A stretch of DNA of 10,926 bases from Nitrospinales bacterium (GTDB lineage Bacteria; Nitrospinota; Nitrospinia; Nitrospinales; JAJDAT01). Below the pieces are notes generated by a model, which saw only the letters and a program-made list of their open reading frames with translations, ran no database searches and was not told the DNA's origin. Location: the NCBI GenBank assembly GCA_046757665.1, contig JBHHYO010000082.1:1-10926 (forward strand). The letters run 5' to 3'. Shown here piece after piece: positions 6,293-10,926 of this stretch. Both the position numbers and the translations under genes were made by a program. The first letter of the stretch is position 1, and each line of letters opens with the position of its first letter.

Positions 6293-6952
6293 CTACAACA
6301 TCGGCTCCAGATAGTTCCACACCGTTTCGGCGACGATTTTGTATCCCGGGCCGAGGGGATGAATGCCGTCGGCCTGGGTGAGTTCCCGTTTCGCCGCCAC
6401 GCCTTCGAGAAAAAACGGAATGTAGTTCAGCCGGTAGGTTTCCGCCAGGCGGTCGAACGTTGCCTCGAATTCGCGGGTGTAGGCTCCGCCGTAGTTGGGG
6501 GGGATTTTCATGCCCGCCAGCAGGACCCTGGCGTTGGCCTCCCGGCACCGGCGGATGATCTTTTCCAGGTTGGCGCGCATCTCGGACAGGGGCAGGCCGC
6601 GCAGGCCGTCGTTGGCGCCGAGTTCGAGGATGACGATTGCGGGTTTCAGCCGCAGAAGCCAGTCGATGCGCCGCAGTCCGCCCGCCGTGGTGTCGCCGGT
6701 CACTCCCGCGTTGACGATTCGATACGAATGGCCGTGCCGTTTCAGGATTTCCTGCAACCGCGCGGGGTAACTGTTTTTTTCGGCGACGCCGAACCCGGCC
6801 GTCAAGCTGTCGCCGAAGGCAAGGATCACCGGCGGCGGCCCGCCATGCAAGGGCTGGGCGGCCAGGCAGAACAATAAAACCGCCAGGCCAACCATCCGTC
6901 GGAAGGCCGGTTGCGCGGGCCGGTGGAAATAGGATATAAAAAATGCTTTCAT
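6293..6952 (-). CDS. tesA: Arylesterase / acyl-CoA thioesterase I, GDSL-SGNH hydrolase, probably exported
   Basis: FGDSLTAG, NAGVTGDTTAGG, ELGANDGLRG, QADGIHP. Hydrophobic signal-like N-terminus. Alternative start ATG at 6895. Confidence 0.93.
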   Translation of the reverse strand: MKAFFISYFHRPAQPAFRRMVGLAVLLFCLAAQPLHGGPPPVILAFGDSLTAGFGVAEKNSYPARLQEILKRHGHSYRIVNAGVTGDTTAGGLRRIDWLLRLKPAIVILELGANDGLRGLPLSEMRANLEKIIRRCREANARVLLAGMKIPPNYGGAYTREFEATFDRLAETYRLNYIPFFLEGVAAKRELTQADGIHPLGPGYKIVAETVWNYLEPML

Positions 6953-6956
6953 GAAC

Positions 6957-6968
6957 CTATAATTATAG
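6957..6968. promoter_or_regulatory. Palindromic bidirectional -10 element
   Basis: CTATAATTATAG is a perfect palindrome: TATAAT on + (6958-6963) and on - (6967-6962), in the 44-bp gap between divergent genes. Confidence 0.6.
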
Positions 6969-6996
6969 AAGACTTCAATTTCCGGGAAAACAAAAA

Positions 6997-7683
6997 TTGA
7001 TCCGGATCACGGACTTAACCAAATCGCTTTTCGGCGGCGGCCATCGGGTGGATATTCTGAACGGCATCGACCTGGTCATCGAGGATGGCCAGTTCCTGGC
7101 CGTCACGGGTCCCTCCGGTAGCGGCAAGACGACCCTGCTCAGCCTGATCGCCGGCCTGGACGCGCCGACCGGCGGCTCCATTCTCATTGACGGCCGCGAC
7201 ATCACCCGGTTGAACGAGGACGAGCTGGCCCGTCTGCGCGGCCGGCGCTTTGGTTTTGTCTTCCAGAATTTTCATCTGATCCCCACCCTGACCGCCATGG
7301 AAAATGTGGCGCTGGCCTCGGAGTTGAACGGCGGCGAAAACAGCGTCGAGAAAACCCGGGCCATTCTGGACCAGGTGGGCCTGGGCGACCGGCGGCATCA
7401 TTACCCCTCGCAGTTGTCCGGCGGCGAGCAACAGCGGCTGTCGCTGGCGCGGGCCTTCGTCAACAGTCCCGACATCGTTCTGGCGGACGAGCCGACCGGC
7501 AACCTGGACTCGAAGAACACGCAGATCATCATCGACCTGATGCGCGGCCTGCACCAGTCGCGCCGCGCCACCGTGATTCTAGTTACGCACGAACCGGACA
7601 TTGCCGCCATATCGGAGCGCGTTCTGACGCTCGAGGACGGCAGGATCACGCGGGACACCCTGAACCGGGCCGCGCCGTCATGA
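6997..7683 (+). CDS. ybbA: ABC transporter ATP-binding protein (LolD/YbbA-like)
   Basis: Walker A GPSGSGKT, Q-loop FVFQ, signature LSGGEQQR, Walker B/D-loop LADEPTGNLD, VTH. TTG start. Synteny with tesA and ybbP. Confidence 0.92.
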   Translation: MIRITDLTKSLFGGGHRVDILNGIDLVIEDGQFLAVTGPSGSGKTTLLSLIAGLDAPTGGSILIDGRDITRLNEDELARLRGRRFGFVFQNFHLIPTLTAMENVALASELNGGENSVEKTRAILDQVGLGDRRHHYPSQLSGGEQQRLSLARAFVNSPDIVLADEPTGNLDSKNTQIIIDLMRGLHQSRRATVILVTHEPDIAAISERVLTLEDGRITRDTLNRAAPS

Positions 7684-10256
7684 CTTCGTTTTCAACACGG
7701 CAACTGTTTCGATTTGCCCTGGCGGAGTGCCGCGGCGCGTGGCGGCGGTTTGTGTTTTTCATCATTTGCCTGGCCATCGGCGTCGGCGCGGTCATGACCG
7801 TGAAAACGTTCTCCGCCGTCCTCAAGACCACCATGGAACGGCAGGCCAGGAGCCTGCTGGCCGCCGATATCGAGATCAGGAGCAGTTGGCCGCAAAGCCC
7901 GGAGGACATCGCTTTCCAGCGGCGGGCTCTGCCGCCCGGCTCGGAGTTCCTGTCCATCAAGGAGATGAAAGCGATGGCGCGCTACGAGGCCGGCGGGCAG
8001 GGCCGGGGCGCCGCGCAACGCTCGTCACTGCTGGTCGAACTGAAATCCCTGCCGTCGTCGCCGCCTTTTTATCCCATGTACGGCAAGTTGAAAACCCGGC
8101 CCGCGGCGCCCCTGGCCGAACTGCTCGCCGACAATGGGGCGCTGGTGGAGCCGTCGTTTCTTTTACGCACCCGTCTGCGCCTGGGCGACCGGTTTCGGCT
8201 CGGCGGCGTCCGCGTCCGCGTGGCGGGTGAGATCCTCGCCGAACCGGACCGGATTTCGCGGTCGTTCAGCATCGGCCCGCGGGTGATGGTTTCCAGCGAC
8301 ACCCTGGCGGCGGCAGAGCTGGTGCGCCCCGGAAGCCGGGTGCGCCACCGCACCCTGATCCGCCTGCCGGCCTCGGCGGACCTGCAACAAACCGCCGAGG
8401 CGCTGGAAAACGGGCTTGCGGACAAAACCGCCGCGGTCCGCACCTACAAGGACATGCAGTCCTCCCTCACCGCCGCGATCAGCCAGATCAGCCGGTACCT
8501 GGAGTGCGTGGGCGTCATTGCGCTGTTCATGGGCGGCATTGGCGTGGCCATGATCGTTCGCACCTTCATGGCCCACAAACTGGATACCATTGCCGTGCTG
8601 AACTGCCTCGGCGCCACGTCGCGCACCGTATTCGGGATTTACCTGTTGCAGGCTCTGCTACTGGGGGTCATCGGCAGTTGCCTGGGGCTGGCGCTGGGAT
8701 TCGTTTTGCAGTACGCGCTTCCGGGCCGGCTGGAGGGATTGTTGAATATCGCCGTGACGCCGGAGTTTCATTGGGCGCCGGCGGTGCAATCGCTGATGCT
8801 GGGCTTGTTGACGACCTTGCTGTTCAGCGTTTGGCCGCTGGTGCGGGCGGTCAAAACCCGGCCCCTGCGGCTGTTTCGCCACCTGGCCGAGGAGGAGACC
8901 CTGAAACGCGGCTCCCGCCGGGAGCGCTGGGCCGTGGGCGCAGGATTGGGACTGGGTCTGGTGGCCATCGTTTTCTGGCAGGCGGGGTCCCTGCGCCAGG
9001 GCGCGGTTTTCCTGATGGCCCTGGCGGTGTCGGCGGCGGTTCTGGCCGGCGTGTCCCGGCTGGTTCTGAAAACGCTCCGCCGGTTTGCGCCGTCGAAACG
9101 CATGACCCTCCGGTACGGCGTCGCCAACCTCTACCGGCCGAACAGTCAGGCTCCGTCCATCATCACCGCGCTGGGCATGGGCATTATGCTGATCCTCACG
9201 ATCCGCCTGGTGCAGTTGGACGTGGTCGTGATGCTCAACGGGCGGACGGCGGTCGATCCGCCCAACTATTTTTTCATTGACATCCAGCCGGATCAGGAGA
9301 AATCCTTTATGGCGGCGCTCGACCGCGTCGCTCCCGGCGCGGAGCGGACGCTGACGCCGCTGGTGCGGTCGCGGTTTTATGGCGTGGACGGGCGAACGCT
9401 GGACGGCTGGAAGTTCAAGAGCCCGCGCGCCGAGCGCTGGTTGCGCCGGGAATTTGTCCTGACCTACGCCGGAGGATCGCTCCCCCGGGACAACCGGATC
9501 GTCGCCGGCAAGTGGTGGGGCGAGGCGGGGGCGCGCCGGCCGCAGGTTTCCATCGAGGAAGACGCCGCCCGCCGCTGGGGGGCGTCGCTGGGCTCCGTCC
9601 TCACCATGGACATTCAGGGGGTCAAGGTCAGCGCGCCGGTCACCAGCATCCGGCGCGTCAACTGGCGAAACATGCGGACTAATTTTTACGTTATTTTTTC
9701 GCCCGCCGCGCTGGCCGGGGCGCCGGTCACCTCCGTGGCCACCGTGCGCGTGCCTCCGGAAAAGGAAATGGCGGTGCAACAGGCCGTCGTGGAGGCCATG
9801 CCCAACGTGACCGCCATCAGCACCAACGACATTATCCGCACCGTGGAAAACGTCATCGGCAAACTGACCACCCTGGTGGATTTCATGTCTGCCTTTTCCA
9901 TTCTGGCGGGACTGTTTATTCTGTCCGGGGCGGTGGCCTCGACCCGGTTCCGCCGGTTGAAGGAATCGGCGGTTTTGAAAACGCTCGGCGCTCGGCGCGG
10001 CACGGTGGCCGCCATTCTCGGTTACGAGTACGCCGGGTTGGGCGCCATCGCCGCCTTTATCGGCGTGGGGCTGTCGCTGGCCTTGTCCTGGGCCGTGATG
10101 CGCTACCTGGTCAAGGCGCCGTGGACGCCGCATCTGGCGCCGCTGGCGGTGGTGTTTGCCCTGGCGGTGCCGCTGACTTCCCTGACCGGCATCCTCAGCA
10201 GTCTGGATGTGTTGAGAAACGAGCCGTTGCAAACGCTGAGGCAGGTCGATGGGTAA
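7680..10256 (+). CDS. ybbP: ABC transporter permease, duplicated FtsX/MacB-type (YbbP-like)
   Basis: 858 aa. Two FtsX-like halves, LELKS...YPMYG, PNYFFIDIQPDQ, R.VNW..MRTNF.VIF, LKTLGA. ATGA overlap with ybbA. Confidence 0.92.
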   Translation: MTSFSTRQLFRFALAECRGAWRRFVFFIICLAIGVGAVMTVKTFSAVLKTTMERQARSLLAADIEIRSSWPQSPEDIAFQRRALPPGSEFLSIKEMKAMARYEAGGQGRGAAQRSSLLVELKSLPSSPPFYPMYGKLKTRPAAPLAELLADNGALVEPSFLLRTRLRLGDRFRLGGVRVRVAGEILAEPDRISRSFSIGPRVMVSSDTLAAAELVRPGSRVRHRTLIRLPASADLQQTAEALENGLADKTAAVRTYKDMQSSLTAAISQISRYLECVGVIALFMGGIGVAMIVRTFMAHKLDTIAVLNCLGATSRTVFGIYLLQALLLGVIGSCLGLALGFVLQYALPGRLEGLLNIAVTPEFHWAPAVQSLMLGLLTTLLFSVWPLVRAVKTRPLRLFRHLAEEETLKRGSRRERWAVGAGLGLGLVAIVFWQAGSLRQGAVFLMALAVSAAVLAGVSRLVLKTLRRFAPSKRMTLRYGVANLYRPNSQAPSIITALGMGIMLILTIRLVQLDVVVMLNGRTAVDPPNYFFIDIQPDQEKSFMAALDRVAPGAERTLTPLVRSRFYGVDGRTLDGWKFKSPRAERWLRREFVLTYAGGSLPRDNRIVAGKWWGEAGARRPQVSIEEDAARRWGASLGSVLTMDIQGVKVSAPVTSIRRVNWRNMRTNFYVIFSPAALAGAPVTSVATVRVPPEKEMAVQQAVVEAMPNVTAISTNDIIRTVENVIGKLTTLVDFMSAFSILAGLFILSGAVASTRFRRLKESAVLKTLGARRGTVAAILGYEYAGLGAIAAFIGVGLSLALSWAVMRYLVKAPWTPHLAPLAVVFALAVPLTSLTGILSSLDVLRNEPLQTLRQVDG

Positions 10257-10833
10257 AAAAACTTTTTCCAAAACTTGCCTTGCCGTTTGCGGCGGGATTT
10301 TTTTGGCGCACACGGTGTTTCCGTTCGCCGTGCCGCCGGGATTCGCGGAGCGGGAGCCCTACGTGGCTCCGCCCTATACTCCGCCGCCGCCCGCGGTGTC
10401 CGATTTGGTGCTGACCGACAACGGCGACGGAACGGTTTCCACTCCCGACTACAAGTTGATGTGGGCGCGCAAGGACAGTTATGCCGATTTGGGCAAATGC
10501 CTGAACTGGCATGAGGCCGTCGAATATGTCGATAACTTGCAAACGGGCGGGTATCGGGACTGGCGGCTCCCGCGGCTGGCAGAGCTTGGCGTGATCTACG
10601 ACAACACGCGGGAGAACGTCATGGCCTGGGACCACAACCCGGAATACCCCCTGGCGCTGGACAAAAAATTCGCCGACGGCGCCGCCTACTGGTATTGGTC
10701 CGCCGATTATGCTAAAACCCGATTGACCGACTGTTGCGCCCGGTCGCTTTATTTCGTCACCGGCCTGGTGCATCTGCGCCGGTTGTCCATGTGCGCCGAC
10801 GGCGGCGTCCGCGCCGTCCGGGACATCCGCTAG
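10249..10833 (+). CDS. DUF1566 / Lcl C-terminal-domain protein, probably exported
   Basis: DNGDGTV...LMW, NW.EA..Y...L..GGY.DWRLP...EL, YWS, VRAVR. Hydrophobic N-terminus and Pro-rich linker. Overlaps ybbP by 8 bp. Confidence 0.88.
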   Translation: MGKKTFSKTCLAVCGGIFLAHTVFPFAVPPGFAEREPYVAPPYTPPPPAVSDLVLTDNGDGTVSTPDYKLMWARKDSYADLGKCLNWHEAVEYVDNLQTGGYRDWRLPRLAELGVIYDNTRENVMAWDHNPEYPLALDKKFADGAAYWYWSADYAKTRLTDCCARSLYFVTGLVHLRRLSMCADGGVRAVRDIR

Positions 10834-10858
10834 TACTTCGTAGTTCGTATGCTTTGCT

Positions 10859-10926
10859 TCACGCTTCGACAGGCTCAGCGTGACAGGTTGGTTGTCATCC
10901 TGAGCAAAACAATTGTCACCCTGAGC
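10859..10926. repeat. REP-like palindromic repeat cluster, cut by the window edge
   Basis: CTTCGACAGGCTCAGCGTGACA followed by TTGTCATCCTGAGC (10892-10905) and TTGTCACCCTGAGC (10913-10926), both near-complementary to GCTCAGCGTGACA (10873-10885). Confidence 0.7.

Noticed and set aside
8658-10313. 551-aa antisense ORF and other long alternative-frame ORFs (1806-2666, 2624-3643, 2728-3435, 6203-6877, 8504-9280)
   Set aside because: They shadow well-supported genes in GC-rich DNA, are rich in Arg/Gly/Pro/His, and show no recognisable motifs.
10892-10926. Possible CRISPR array start
   Set aside because: The repeat is 14 bp with a 7-bp gap, far too short, and no cas genes are in the window.

Overview
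GC-rich, mostly housekeeping region of a Gram-negative bacterium. In order: the end of an LPS-type operon (two GT9 heptosyltransferase-like genes and a Cys-motif SAM methyltransferase), a radical SAM gene divergent from a TrpD2/YbiB-like gene, an AT-richer hicB-hicA toxin-antitoxin pair, the conserved divergent tesA / ybbA-ybbP module, and a DUF1566 (Lcl-like) gene overlapping ybbP. The most interesting signal is non-coding. A 149-bp MITE-like element (470-618) has imperfect terminal inverted repeats, a 9-bp target-site duplication and a multi-stem palindromic core. It sits exactly in what reconstructs as an ATGA stop/start overlap and leaves both genes intact. A diverged, inverted, one-ended copy (6183-6290) shows two compensatory base-pair changes. 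Also seen: an 11/12 direct repeat bracketing hicBA, a palindromic double -10 between tesA and ybbA, and a second palindromic repeat family at the right edge. Product calls rest on motif recognition only; no searches were run.
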